Assembly: GCA_963662465.1 (NCBI GenBank)
Contig: OY759599.1
Coordinates: 7,584,001-7,648,000 of the forward strand
DNA: 64,000 nt
Source: Desulfatiglandales bacterium
GTDB lineage: Bacteria > Desulfobacterota > DSM-4660 > Desulfatiglandales > Desulfatiglandaceae
Reading direction: 5' to 3'
Positions 41,564 through 51,185 of the stretch are shown here, piece after piece. The position numbers and the translations under genes were made by a program. Numbering within the stretch: the first letter of the stretch is position 1; every line of letters begins with the position of its first letter. The notes beneath the pieces are model-generated. The model saw only the letters and a list, made by a program, of their open reading frames with translations, had not been told where the DNA came from and made no database searches.

Positions 41564-43446
41564 TATTTACCCTCCACAAAAAACAACAACTCGTTCAATT
41601 CTTTGGACGCCTCGGCCAGTCCGGCCGCATCCCCGGAAACCAGGGCCATTTCCATTTGCTCGTGCAGATCAATGGCCTCCTCCTTGTCGTCGTCATGCAT
41701 GACGTCGAGCAGTTTTCGGGAACGATCCAGCAGTTTCCTGGCCTTACTTTCCACCTGAGCATCGAGAGATCCCTCTTTTTCGGCATCCTCGGAAATCTCC
41801 GATGCTTCCGCGCTGCGGTTCACGGGAATATCGATCACGTCGCTTCCGGAAAAGTCATCATCGCCGAATGGGAAGTCGTCATCGGAAAGGGAATCAAAAT
41901 CCAGGGAGCGGGCATCAAACAGGTCCTTGAGACGATTCCTGGCCTCCTGAATCTCCGGTTCACTCTTGGGCTTCAGAGCGTTGTCAATGGTCACCTGCTT
42001 GGATTTTCCGGTTTCTTTCTCAATGGCGGTTACTTGAAGGATGCCGTCAATATCCAGGCTCATTTTGCACAGCACCAGATTAGGGTCCGGTACGGGCTTA
42101 AGCCCTTCCACCAGAAAGTGGCCCAGGGGAATATTTTTCATGGCATCAGTATCCTCTCCCTGAAAGATGTCGAACTCCACTGCTTTCTGGTAGGGGGATG
42201 CGGTATAATATTTTTCCGTGCGGGTCACCGGAAGCGCCGTATTGGACCGGATAATGGGACGGTAACAATGGGGATAGGGCATGCCGTCGCGTTCTCCAAG
42301 GTATGAAGGGCCAAAGGAGTAGGGGGTCACATCCACCAGGACCCGTTCCACATCATGTCCGGACAGCCGGGACGCGAGTACCCCGGCCCCCAAAGCAACA
42401 CACAGGTCCGGGTGTACGTCGTGGCGGGGCCTGATGCCCGCACGTTCCTCAAGTACCTGCATCACCATGGGGATGCGCGTGGAGCCGCCCACCAGGAGGA
42501 TGGCGTCCAGGTCGCCCGTCTGTTTCCCTGCATCCGCCATGGCCTTGGACACGCAATCGAGAGTGGTTTCAATGTGAGGCCGGATCATTTCCTCGAATTC
42601 TTCCCGGGAGATTTCCATTTCCAGGTGGAGGGGCGTACCATTTCGGTCGGCCAGCGCTTCTTCTCTCACCTTGACATAAGGTTCGAAACTCAACCGTTTT
42701 TTCACATCCTCGGCTGCCCGCCACAGTCGTGCCAGGGAGGCGGGAAAACCGTGCGCTAAATCAATGTTGTGCGCTTTTTGAAATTCTTCCAGAAGGCGAT
42801 TTACGAGCAACTGATCAAAATCATCCCCGCCCAGGCGGTTGTCTCCATGGCTTGACAATACTTCGGTAACATCTTGCTCAAGGGTTACAATGGACACATC
42901 AAAGGTGCCGCCCCCCAGATCATAGATCATCACCGTTCGTCTCTCATCCGAACCATAGCCGTAAGCCAGGCTGGCGGCGGTCGGTTCATTGAGGATTCGC
43001 ACCACCTCGAGGCCCGCCAGGGCGCCGGCTTCCCGGGTGGCATTTCGCTGAGCATCGGAAAAATAGGCGGGAACGGATATCACGGCTTTTTTAACGGGAA
43101 ATCCGAGCTTTTTTTGCGCCCATCCCGCCAATTCTCTCAGGATGATGGCGGAAATCTCCTGGGGGGTAAAGGTTTTGTCCCCCAGGGTCACGGTCTCTTC
43201 ACTGCCCATTTTTCGCTTGATGCTTCGAATGGTGAGTTCGGGATAGAGCAGTTGCTGATTTCTGGCGGGCACCCCCACCAGCAGTTCTCCCGAAGTGGAC
43301 AGCCCCACACAGGAGGGGAGCATTTTTGATTTTCCGGATCCGATCATCTGCACCTTGTTCTCAAAAAAGGCGCTGATCTCCGAGTTGGTGGTGCCCAGAT
43401 CAATGCCTACGATGGTTTCATGCGTGTTCAATGTTAAATCCTCCAT
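41563..43446 (-). CDS. Hsp70 family protein (non-housekeeping DnaK paralog)
   Basis: GIDLGTTNS, SVPAYF, NEPTAA, DLGGGTFDVS and LVGGSTRIP motifs. Confidence 0.95.
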   Translation of the reverse strand: MEDLTLNTHETIVGIDLGTTNSEISAFFENKVQMIGSGKSKMLPSCVGLSTSGELLVGVPARNQQLLYPELTIRSIKRKMGSEETVTLGDKTFTPQEISAIILRELAGWAQKKLGFPVKKAVISVPAYFSDAQRNATREAGALAGLEVVRILNEPTAASLAYGYGSDERRTVMIYDLGGGTFDVSIVTLEQDVTEVLSSHGDNRLGGDDFDQLLVNRLLEEFQKAHNIDLAHGFPASLARLWRAAEDVKKRLSFEPYVKVREEALADRNGTPLHLEMEISREEFEEMIRPHIETTLDCVSKAMADAGKQTGDLDAILLVGGSTRIPMVMQVLEERAGIRPRHDVHPDLCVALGAGVLASRLSGHDVERVLVDVTPYSFGPSYLGERDGMPYPHCYRPIIRSNTALPVTRTEKYYTASPYQKAVEFDIFQGEDTDAMKNIPLGHFLVEGLKPVPDPNLVLCKMSLDIDGILQVTAIEKETGKSKQVTIDNALKPKSEPEIQEARNRLKDLFDARSLDFDSLSDDDFPFGDDDFSGSDVIDIPVNRSAEASEISEDAEKEGSLDAQVESKARKLLDRSRKLLDVMHDDDKEEAIDLHEQMEMALVSGDAAGLAEASKELNELLFFVEGK

Positions 43447-43451
43447 TTCGA

Positions 43452-44309
43452 TTATTCGGCGTCTTTCGGCATGCGGGAAACCTTTACCTGAGCCGGTCGA
43501 TACACCTCGCCTCCCATGACATATCCGGTTCGATACACATCAATAACCGTGCCGTCGGGCATATCGTCCCGCTCTTCCGCGTCCACGGCGGTCATGGTTT
43601 GGGGGTCGAACAATTCTCCCCGACAGGAAATCTCGCTCAAGTCATGCTGCAACAACGTTTCATCCAGTCTCTCCAGGCCCAGTTCGTAGCCTTTTTTCAG
43701 GGATGTCGCCATCTCCAGGAATTCCTTTTGCCGTGATTTCCCTCCCCCCCTCCATTTCCCAAACCAATGGTCCTCAGGCTTTTCCTCCATTTTTTGCCGT
43801 GTTTCAATGACCGACTCCAGGCCGATGTTGAGCCGATCCCGAACATCCAGAAACAGATCCAGGAATTCGGCCCGGGAACGGGCACGGGCATCCTGTCGCA
43901 CCTGCGCTTCATGCCTGGTGAAAAGGTCTCGGGCCTGCTCCGCCAACTGTCGGGAGTCGATTACGGCCTCCCGGGTTGTGGCACTGATACCCTCAACGGC
44001 GTCCACCAGGTTCCCAAGGGGTTCGATCTTCAGGGTCAAATCCTTGAAGGCCCTTCCCTGCAATCGCACCTCCTGGGTCAGGGCCGTCATGGCGGACCAG
44101 GTGGAATATAGATCATCGTCTTCGTCCGAGGTCCTGGAAGATAATTCGCCTGTGTCTTCCAGTTCCTTCAGCAATTGCTCATCGATTCCTTCCAGGGGCG
44201 CCTCAGGTTCAAGCACCTCATCCAGCCACGCTTCAAACCGTTGCAGGATTTTCTCCCGGGCCGGGTCTTCCTGTTTATGCCTGGCCTTGAACTTCTGTAA
44301 AATATCCAT
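43452..44309 (-). CDS. GrpE-like nucleotide exchange factor
   Basis: long coiled coil; GELFDP...GTV..VYRTGY...RPAQVKV C-terminus. Confidence 0.85.
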   Translation of the reverse strand: MDILQKFKARHKQEDPAREKILQRFEAWLDEVLEPEAPLEGIDEQLLKELEDTGELSSRTSDEDDDLYSTWSAMTALTQEVRLQGRAFKDLTLKIEPLGNLVDAVEGISATTREAVIDSRQLAEQARDLFTRHEAQVRQDARARSRAEFLDLFLDVRDRLNIGLESVIETRQKMEEKPEDHWFGKWRGGGKSRQKEFLEMATSLKKGYELGLERLDETLLQHDLSEISCRGELFDPQTMTAVDAEERDDMPDGTVIDVYRTGYVMGGEVYRPAQVKVSRMPKDAE

Positions 44310-44376
44310 TGTTAACCCTTTTAGTGCCTTATCGTCTGGTTTTCTGTTACAAAAAACAAGAAAATGATGGCGCAGG

Positions 44377-44426
44377 AACTTAAAACCTAAAACTTAAAAC
44401 TTAAAACTGCGGCTATGCCGCGTTAG
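44377..44426 (-). repeat. 50-bp hairpin plus heptamer element, copy 2
   Basis: reverse complement of 8305-8354 (47/50). Confidence 0.85.
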
Positions 44427-44433
44427 CGGTTCG

Positions 44434-44745
44434 TTACCGCATTATCTCAAGCCACGGTTCCGGACCCACGAATTCCCGTTTTTCTTTCAGACCGTCAAGC
44501 AGGGAAACCAACGGCGCTTTTGGATCTACACTGCTCAAAAACAGCCGCATTCGCTTTCTCGGATCCCGCAGAAGCGCATAGGCATCTCGAATTCTTTCAA
44601 ATGTTTCCGGAGCGCGATCGGGGGGATACATTTTGATCTTTTCCAGATACGCCCGGCGAATATCTTCTTCCCCCGCATCCGCCGATATTCCGAGAATTTT
44701 CCGGGGATCCCGTTCCAAACGCTCCGCATCAACCGTTGTCGTCAT
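44434..44745 (-). CDS. J-domain-only protein with PPD in place of HPD
   Basis: DPRKILGI..DA..EDIRRAY...YPPDR...F..IRDAYALLRDP..R. Confidence 0.85.
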   Translation of the reverse strand: MTTTVDAERLERDPRKILGISADAGEEDIRRAYLEKIKMYPPDRAPETFERIRDAYALLRDPRKRMRLFLSSVDPKAPLVSLLDGLKEKREFVGPEPWLEIMR

Positions 44746-44751
44746 TTGATT

Positions 44752-47643
44752 TCACCTTTTCCGGCCTTTGCCTTTTTGTTTTTTCTTTCGCCCGGGACTC
44801 CCATGGGATTCACCTTTTATGAATTCCTCGAAAAGGCCATCATAAAAGGAAGGCCCCATGGCATCTAAGAAACGTTGCATCAGTTTGGGATTTTTTTTGA
44901 AAATCACTTCCGGATCCGGCATGTCGCCGTTGGCGTCCGTGTATTTCATGGCGATTTCAAACAAGATCGACATCGCTTCCGGGGGAATGTCGTTCCCCAG
45001 TTCATCCGAGAGCATTTCAGGGAAAACCCCGGCTAACAAGCCTTGAAGATCCTTATCCGGGAACTCATCATCCCAATCGTCATCGTCATCATCCCAATCG
45101 TCGTCATCATCATCTTCCTCATCCCAGAATCCCAGGGGCAACCCCATGTTTTTACTGGAAGCCCGGGAGGGAAATTTATTGTCCTCAATTTCGTATTTGA
45201 GAATGTCATCCGCTTGATCCGTATCCATGGACGGATCCCCATCCAGATCAGCGAATGGGGAGAAAAAGCTGAAGGCGCCCCCTCTGCGCCGGCGCAATTC
45301 CAAGGCCTCGTCAATCAGGGGCATGTCCCTTTCCCGACGGGCAAAGGCAAGGGCGGCATCAATACAGTCGTTTCTTCGTTTGGGCGCCCACTCGGGAAAG
45401 GATCGGGCCCGAAGCAGTAGAAACCGGGCTAAAGATGCATCTCGCCTCTTAAGACCGGCCCCGGAAACCGCATAAGCAAGGGGCAATTGCGCATTCAGCA
45501 ACGCGGCCTCGGCAACGGCGCCAAGGGAAACCGCATCCACCGAATTTCCAGCCGTTCCAAGAAACGTCATGATCCGATTGCTGTAATCCGGGAGAATGAA
45601 GACGGAAATCCCCATGTCGCGACCCAGCCGACACCCCCTTGCCACGGCCCCGAATAGTTTTTCGCCAGTTGCATCCACAGCCTCTTTTTTCCCACGAAAA
45701 CGCTTCTCCTGTTTGGAAGTCCCGCAAACCCGGATTAATCCATCCAGAATCATGTTTGCGGAAATCCGATCTTCCAGGATCTGAACCACCCGTTCATGGC
45801 ATTCGTCCCGCCGCGATGCGGCGCCGTTGATCATGGCGCTTATGCATTTCATTGCTTCGACGAATGCCGGCCGGTCTCCCTCGGAAAACTGGGGGAGCTT
45901 TTCCATCTCCATAACGTCTTTTTCCGCCAAATGTATTTTTTTCTGCTTTAAATGCCGAACGGCAGTGGAAACCAGCAGGCGTCTTCGCGCATTTTTCACC
46001 TCGGAACTCAAGCCATCCAGTGCTTCGGCCTCGTTTAAGTATCCCATGGATTTCTGGAAGGCATTTCTTTTTTCAGCGGATCGGGTCAGGTAGAGAAGCG
46101 GACGAACGTCATTGGGAACAGCCTCATGCCAGGCAAGTGCGACCGGGTCCGATTTTTTCCAGGAGGAATACTTATTCTCTATTAACGCCAGCCATTTCGA
46201 GAAGTTTTCAGAGGTGGGATCCACATCACAGGCCATTTTATGCAATTTCTCGGGATTCAAAAAAAAGGGATCTCTTTTGGGTCGCTTTGCTCTTCGAACC
46301 GCTTTCAGAACGGATTCCGGCTGTTGTTCATAATCCGCCTCAAATCCCTCGAAACTTCGTTTGAAATCTCTGAGGTCCTCTTTAAAATCATATTCCGGCA
46401 CACCCGCCAGCAAATCGGCCATGTGCAGATATACCGCCGACAATTCAATACCGTCGGCAGAAAACAAGCCCTCATGTATGGCATGAATTAAAAATTCACT
46501 CCAAAGGGCGGAGGCCAGAATATATTCACCTTCAACTTCCTTTGCACGGGCGTAAAGCCGCCAGTATTCGGCATTTTTCACCGGCGCACCCCCCATGGCC
46601 TCATTCACATTTTCCCGGACATAGTCAATCATCTTGAACCCAACGGAGATGTGTTGTTTCAATTTTTCAAGCAGTTCCGGTCGAAATTTTTCACAGGCCC
46701 AAATCGCCTTCCGGATATCTTTGGAAAAGCCGCGAGAGGGCTCTTGCGCCATAACCCCGTCAAGGTTTCGAAATGCCCGCTCCAATTGGGTCTCGTTGCC
46801 CCTCACCTGTGCCATGAACGCCAATTCTTTTTTCCCAAGACTTTTTTTGGCATCATTTTCAGAAAGCATGGCCCGTACCGCGGGAACCACTCGAGCGGGG
46901 GCCGAGGCCGGGTCCACGGCATCAAGGCATTTCACGCACAATTCATCATCAAACCGATAAAAGGCATCAATCCCCTTGATCAGCATTTTCCACGGCGCCA
47001 GCGGGCTTTTGCGGGAAATGCCCGGCAGGGTAACGTCTTCGTCTTTAACATTTCCGCGAGTGACGGCGTCAAAAGCGCTGAACAGCAAACCAGCCTCTTT
47101 TCGCAGGGAATGATCCTCTGAGAGGGTCTCGCAATGGGCCAGGGCTTTCAAATCCGTCACTTCATTCCTGATGGCTTTCTCGATGGCCTTTCGCGATTCC
47201 GGGGCCATAGATGGATCATTCAACGACACCAGGAGTTCATCCATCTGCCCACTCCGGACTGAAACAAGGGCGCCGATTTCCATCATGATCTCATCGGGAA
47301 AATCATATTTCCCACGAACCATATCCAGGAGCGATGCGGCCTCCGTCATATAGCCTTTCTGGGCCATTTCCAGAATTCTGGCGATATAGGTTTCTTTCAA
47401 AAGGTCTTCGGATTTTTCAGTTTCGAGATGCTTATGAATCTCCTTGGCCCGGCTAAGGGCTGTTTTGCTTTTTCCCTCCAGAACAAGCCGCCGAATTTCA
47501 ACGGCAATCTCGTCATAATCAGGACCGGTATCCCTGGAATTCTGCTTATTTTCCTGATTCACCAAGGCCTTTTCCGGAGTCCCCTGACGGGTTGACTTTG
47601 CTTTTTTAGATTTACTCTTTTTCCGCCGTTTTTTAGGCGCCAT
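44752..47643 (-). CDS. large alpha-helical (TPR-like) hypothetical protein
   Basis: 963-aa ORF, Ala/Leu/Glu-rich helices, basic termini, acidic tract. Confidence 0.8.
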   Translation of the reverse strand: MAPKKRRKKSKSKKAKSTRQGTPEKALVNQENKQNSRDTGPDYDEIAVEIRRLVLEGKSKTALSRAKEIHKHLETEKSEDLLKETYIARILEMAQKGYMTEAASLLDMVRGKYDFPDEIMMEIGALVSVRSGQMDELLVSLNDPSMAPESRKAIEKAIRNEVTDLKALAHCETLSEDHSLRKEAGLLFSAFDAVTRGNVKDEDVTLPGISRKSPLAPWKMLIKGIDAFYRFDDELCVKCLDAVDPASAPARVVPAVRAMLSENDAKKSLGKKELAFMAQVRGNETQLERAFRNLDGVMAQEPSRGFSKDIRKAIWACEKFRPELLEKLKQHISVGFKMIDYVRENVNEAMGGAPVKNAEYWRLYARAKEVEGEYILASALWSEFLIHAIHEGLFSADGIELSAVYLHMADLLAGVPEYDFKEDLRDFKRSFEGFEADYEQQPESVLKAVRRAKRPKRDPFFLNPEKLHKMACDVDPTSENFSKWLALIENKYSSWKKSDPVALAWHEAVPNDVRPLLYLTRSAEKRNAFQKSMGYLNEAEALDGLSSEVKNARRRLLVSTAVRHLKQKKIHLAEKDVMEMEKLPQFSEGDRPAFVEAMKCISAMINGAASRRDECHERVVQILEDRISANMILDGLIRVCGTSKQEKRFRGKKEAVDATGEKLFGAVARGCRLGRDMGISVFILPDYSNRIMTFLGTAGNSVDAVSLGAVAEAALLNAQLPLAYAVSGAGLKRRDASLARFLLLRARSFPEWAPKRRNDCIDAALAFARRERDMPLIDEALELRRRRGGAFSFFSPFADLDGDPSMDTDQADDILKYEIEDNKFPSRASSKNMGLPLGFWDEEDDDDDDWDDDDDDWDDEFPDKDLQGLLAGVFPEMLSDELGNDIPPEAMSILFEIAMKYTDANGDMPDPEVIFKKNPKLMQRFLDAMGPSFYDGLFEEFIKGESHGSPGRKKKQKGKGRKR

Positions 47644-47725
47644 GAAGTTTCCCTTTCCTACCGGTTCAATGGGTTAATTCAAGATTCCCCCGGCTGACTG
47701 AATCCCTGCATCCATTTTCCCGAGC

Positions 47726-47755
47726 AATATGAACCAAATCTATCAAAGATGTCAA
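47726..47755 (-). promoter_or_regulatory. putative sigma70 promoter of the Hsp70 operon
   Basis: TTGACA-N18-CATATT on the minus strand. Confidence 0.4.
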
Positions 47756-47811
47756 GAAGCACCCATGGTCCGGTGAAAAATATATCCAGCCCGATATTTA
47801 AAACTCTTCCC

Positions 47812-49754
47812 GAGGGGTTTGCGCTGTGCTTAAGTCTCTGGTATCCTGGAGGGATTTGGCAGTGTCAAAAAAACATTACCCCAAAAAAAAGATGGGTGGG
47901 CATCCTGAAATCAAGCACTTAGCTAGATCGAGTCGGAATTTTCCATTTTTTCACCCCAAGCGAAAGAACTTGTCGGAATACCTTGATTTTAATACAAAAT
48001 ATTGTACAATGCCTTCATCAGATAACAGGATAGAGTGTTTCTTTAAATATTTGATGGAGGCCGAAACTTGGCAGCAGTGAGTCCGTTTCTTTTTTCGTGG
48101 AATGATGTCGAAGCACGCTCGGATTTGGACCGTTTCTATCTGGTGCGCGATAATCTGCCTGATGAGAATATTGTAGCGGCACTTGAAAAGCGTCGCGGCA
48201 ATGGGAGAGATGATTTTCCGATACGCGCAATGTGGAACGCGCTTATTGCGGGAGTCGTGTTCCAGCATGCATCCATTGAATCTTTGATTCGCGAATTGTC
48301 CAGGAATCCGGCGTTATTAGAGGCATGCGGATTTGATATTCTGCCGAGGCAAAAAAAACCGGTAGCTGAACTGAGACGCAATGAGGAAACGGGCCGAATG
48401 GAAATCATACGGTCTGAGAGCGGAAATGCATATTTTTTGGTTCCAGGTAGTTGGAATTTCTCAAGATTTTTAAGGAGCGTCATAGAACTGGAAGAATATG
48501 GTAATATGGTCAGCGGCATGGTGCGTGGGCTTCGAGAATCCTTAATGACAGAACTCCCTGATTTTGGTTGTCATTTAGGGTATGACGGCAAGGCTATCAA
48601 CAGTTATAGTACGGGACAAGAAAGCCGGAAAACCGGTGAAACCTCCGATACGGATGCAGATTGGGGCAAGCATGAAACGAAAGGGACAGACAGTAAAACC
48701 GGAAAGCAGTGGACAAAAGTAAAAAGCTGGTTTGGATATGGCCTTCATTTGATCGCTGATACCCTATATGAAATTCCGGTGGCAGTTCATGTAACACCTG
48801 CCTCGCATTCGGAACACAAGGAACTGCGAAGCATGATCAAAGAAATTTTTGAGGAAACACCGCAGCTTGGCGAGCGCTGTGATGATTTTGTGGCGGACCG
48901 TGGTTTGGATTCCGGCAAAACTAAGGCTCAGCTGTTGGATGAATATGGGATTCGGCCCGGCATTGATACCCGTGAACTGTGGAGAGATGAAAAGAATGAG
49001 CCGGGATACGATCCTGCAAAACCGATCACACGACCTCTTTATCCTGACCGGGCAGATACCATTGTGTATACTGAGAAAGGGACAGTCCATTGTATTTGTC
49101 CGGCTACTGGAGAACAGCGGGACATGGCTTTTTGTGGCTTTGAAAAAAATCGCAATACCCTGAAATATCGTTGTCCCGCAGCTGCAAACGGCTTTTCCTG
49201 TGAAGGATGTGGAGAGTGTTCATCTGCGGGGCAAGTTAATCCCGGAGATTATGGGCGAATTGTCAGAATAAATATCACTGAGGAAGATCGGCGAATCTTC
49301 ACACCCATTCCCTATGGTACGCAGGGTTGGGACCGAGCGTATAATCGGCGTTCTTCTTTGGAGAGAATCAACAGTCGGATCGATAATGATTTTGGTTTTG
49401 AGAAACATTACATACGCGGCCAAGCCAAAATGCAAACAAGAGTTTGCTTGGCCACCGCCGTAATGATGGCAATGGCCCTTGGTCATGTAAGGGCTGGCCG
49501 TATTGAGCAAATGCGCTCCCTTGTACGGCCAATAGCCAGAGCCGCCTAATCCAATTTATTTAAAATAGTTATAAATAAATGATTTAATTTAAATTTAAAG
49601 GGATTAGCATGTCCAATTATCGGGTTTTTGGGGTATGTCTTTGGAAACCATAATATTCTGCTGCCATGTCGCCCTCTCAGACCTCGCGCCCGCGTTTTTT
49701 TGGGGCCCAGAACACCCCCGGTACGGCACAAAAACGGTACAGCGCAAACCTCTC
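47812..49754 (+). mobile_element. insertion sequence, IS1182-like (IS4 clan), 1943 bp
   Basis: 18-bp IRs GAGGGGTTTGCGCTGTGC / GAGAGGTTTGCGCTGTAC (16/18); TTCCC direct repeats at 47807-47811 and 49755-49759. Confidence 0.88.
48068..49549 (+). CDS. DDE transposase (DUF772 plus DDE_Tnp_1-like)
   Basis: YDGK, WFGY.LH, ADRG and YNRRSSLERINS (YREK-like) motifs, Cys-rich insertion. Confidence 0.9.
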   Translation: MAAVSPFLFSWNDVEARSDLDRFYLVRDNLPDENIVAALEKRRGNGRDDFPIRAMWNALIAGVVFQHASIESLIRELSRNPALLEACGFDILPRQKKPVAELRRNEETGRMEIIRSESGNAYFLVPGSWNFSRFLRSVIELEEYGNMVSGMVRGLRESLMTELPDFGCHLGYDGKAINSYSTGQESRKTGETSDTDADWGKHETKGTDSKTGKQWTKVKSWFGYGLHLIADTLYEIPVAVHVTPASHSEHKELRSMIKEIFEETPQLGERCDDFVADRGLDSGKTKAQLLDEYGIRPGIDTRELWRDEKNEPGYDPAKPITRPLYPDRADTIVYTEKGTVHCICPATGEQRDMAFCGFEKNRNTLKYRCPAAANGFSCEGCGECSSAGQVNPGDYGRIVRINITEEDRRIFTPIPYGTQGWDRAYNRRSSLERINSRIDNDFGFEKHYIRGQAKMQTRVCLATAVMMAMALGHVRAGRIEQMRSLVRPIARAA

Positions 49755-49768
49755 TTCCCAACGAAAAC

Positions 49769-49797
49769 TTGACCCCTCCGGTCTGAATGGCTATGCT
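49769..49797 (+). promoter_or_regulatory. putative sigma70 promoter
   Basis: TTGACC-N17-TATGCT upstream of the DUF89 gene. Confidence 0.5.
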
Positions 49798-49847
49798 CGA
49801 CTTTTCAGTCTTCAAAATGGAGTCATCCAGTAACAGGAGCTAGAGAG

Positions 49848-50762
49848 ATGAAAATTGGACCGGATTGCGTTCCCTGCATCCTCAAAATGTGTCTGGGGTT
49901 TATTCGTAAAACAAGCCTGGGCGATTCAGAAGTAAACACACTGTTCAACGATATCCTTCAGATGCCTCCTTTAAGGGGGGGGGACTGGGATGTCACCAGC
50001 CCCGCCGTTATCGAAGAAGTTATGAAGAAGACATATGACATGCTGGGCGACAACGACCCGCTAAAAAAAGAAAAAGCGGGATTAAACCGGTATCTGCTGG
50101 ACCGGTATGAAATCTTTGAAACAATGGTGCGGGAAGCGGAAGACCCTCTGAAAATGGCTGTCAAGCTGGCCATCACGGGGAATGCCATTGATATCATGCT
50201 TTCAATGGATTTTGCCCACCTCCTGACCACATTCAGAGAAAAGGTGGAACAACCCCTGCCCGAAAAAAGCTTTGAGCAATTCAAAGCCCAACTGGATAAA
50301 ACACGCCGTATGGTCTATTTCGGGGACAACGCCGGGGAGATTGTATTGGACAAACTACTGATTTCGACCCTGAAAAAAATCTATGATTTTGAAATTGTTT
50401 TTGTGGTGAGAAGTTTGCCCACCCTGAATGATGTGACCCTTCAGGAAGCCCGGGATGTAAAAATGGACGACATCGTACCGGTGTTGGAAAATGGCATCGA
50501 CGGCCCGTTTCCGGGAACACGGGTATCAAGATGTTCTCCGAAAGTTCAGGCGCTTTACAAAGAGGCGGATCTGATCATTTCAAAGGGCGGCGGCAATTTT
50601 GACAGTCTTGACGAAGACAAGGCCGTCTACGGACGTAACATCAGTTTTCTACTCCTTTCTAAGTGTTACCTTTACATGAAGCTTCTGAATACGCCGCTGA
50701 ATGGACCCATACTGGCAAATTACCATAATTGGGATATCTTACAGCAAAGAAAGGCAGGGTAA
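49848..50762 (+). CDS. ARMT1-like/DUF89 damage-control phosphatase
   Basis: DCVPC, GNAID, DNAGE, LNDVT and SKGGGNF motifs. Confidence 0.88.
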   Translation: MKIGPDCVPCILKMCLGFIRKTSLGDSEVNTLFNDILQMPPLRGGDWDVTSPAVIEEVMKKTYDMLGDNDPLKKEKAGLNRYLLDRYEIFETMVREAEDPLKMAVKLAITGNAIDIMLSMDFAHLLTTFREKVEQPLPEKSFEQFKAQLDKTRRMVYFGDNAGEIVLDKLLISTLKKIYDFEIVFVVRSLPTLNDVTLQEARDVKMDDIVPVLENGIDGPFPGTRVSRCSPKVQALYKEADLIISKGGGNFDSLDEDKAVYGRNISFLLLSKCYLYMKLLNTPLNGPILANYHNWDILQQRKAG

Positions 50763-50766
50763 AAAC

Positions 50767-51138
50767 ATGTCAAACGGAAATGATAATCAACAAGTTGATG
50801 ATTATGCAAAATTCGTTGGAGAGCATTCCGGTGTGGGGATTGCGGGCCAATCCTTTCAGCGAGATCCGGAAAATAATTTCCTCGCAACCGGCACGAACAT
50901 GGATAGGGATTTGGACTACCGTTACTGTGGAAAATGCCGAACCGTACGTTATAGACCCGATCTGGAAGTAACCGCCGACGGTATACGTTGTAGAAAATGT
51001 GGAAGCTATGATTTAGCGCTTCCTCGTTGGGTTCAATGTCCTTATCGAAAAGGCGCCGTTAAATGTCCCAAAGGCGGAAAAGGGATTATCAAAGACAAAA
51101 CCGGCGACAAATGTTTGGATCAATGTGATTACTTTTGA
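50767..51138 (+). CDS. Cys-rich hypothetical protein
   Basis: 123 aa with 8 Cys (CGKC, CRKC, Cx8C, CLDQC); starts 4 nt after the DUF89 stop. Confidence 0.7.
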   Translation: MSNGNDNQQVDDYAKFVGEHSGVGIAGQSFQRDPENNFLATGTNMDRDLDYRYCGKCRTVRYRPDLEVTADGIRCRKCGSYDLALPRWVQCPYRKGAVKCPKGGKGIIKDKTGDKCLDQCDYF

Positions 51139-51185
51139 ATTAACCAGTCCTTTTTGATCCTCAATGCTCTTCGGGAGGATAAAGA

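Noticed and set aside
41563..44745. Housekeeping dnaK-dnaJ-grpE operon
   Set aside because: The J protein is 103 aa without HPD, Zn-finger or C-terminal domains, and the Hsp70 substrate-binding region is divergent.
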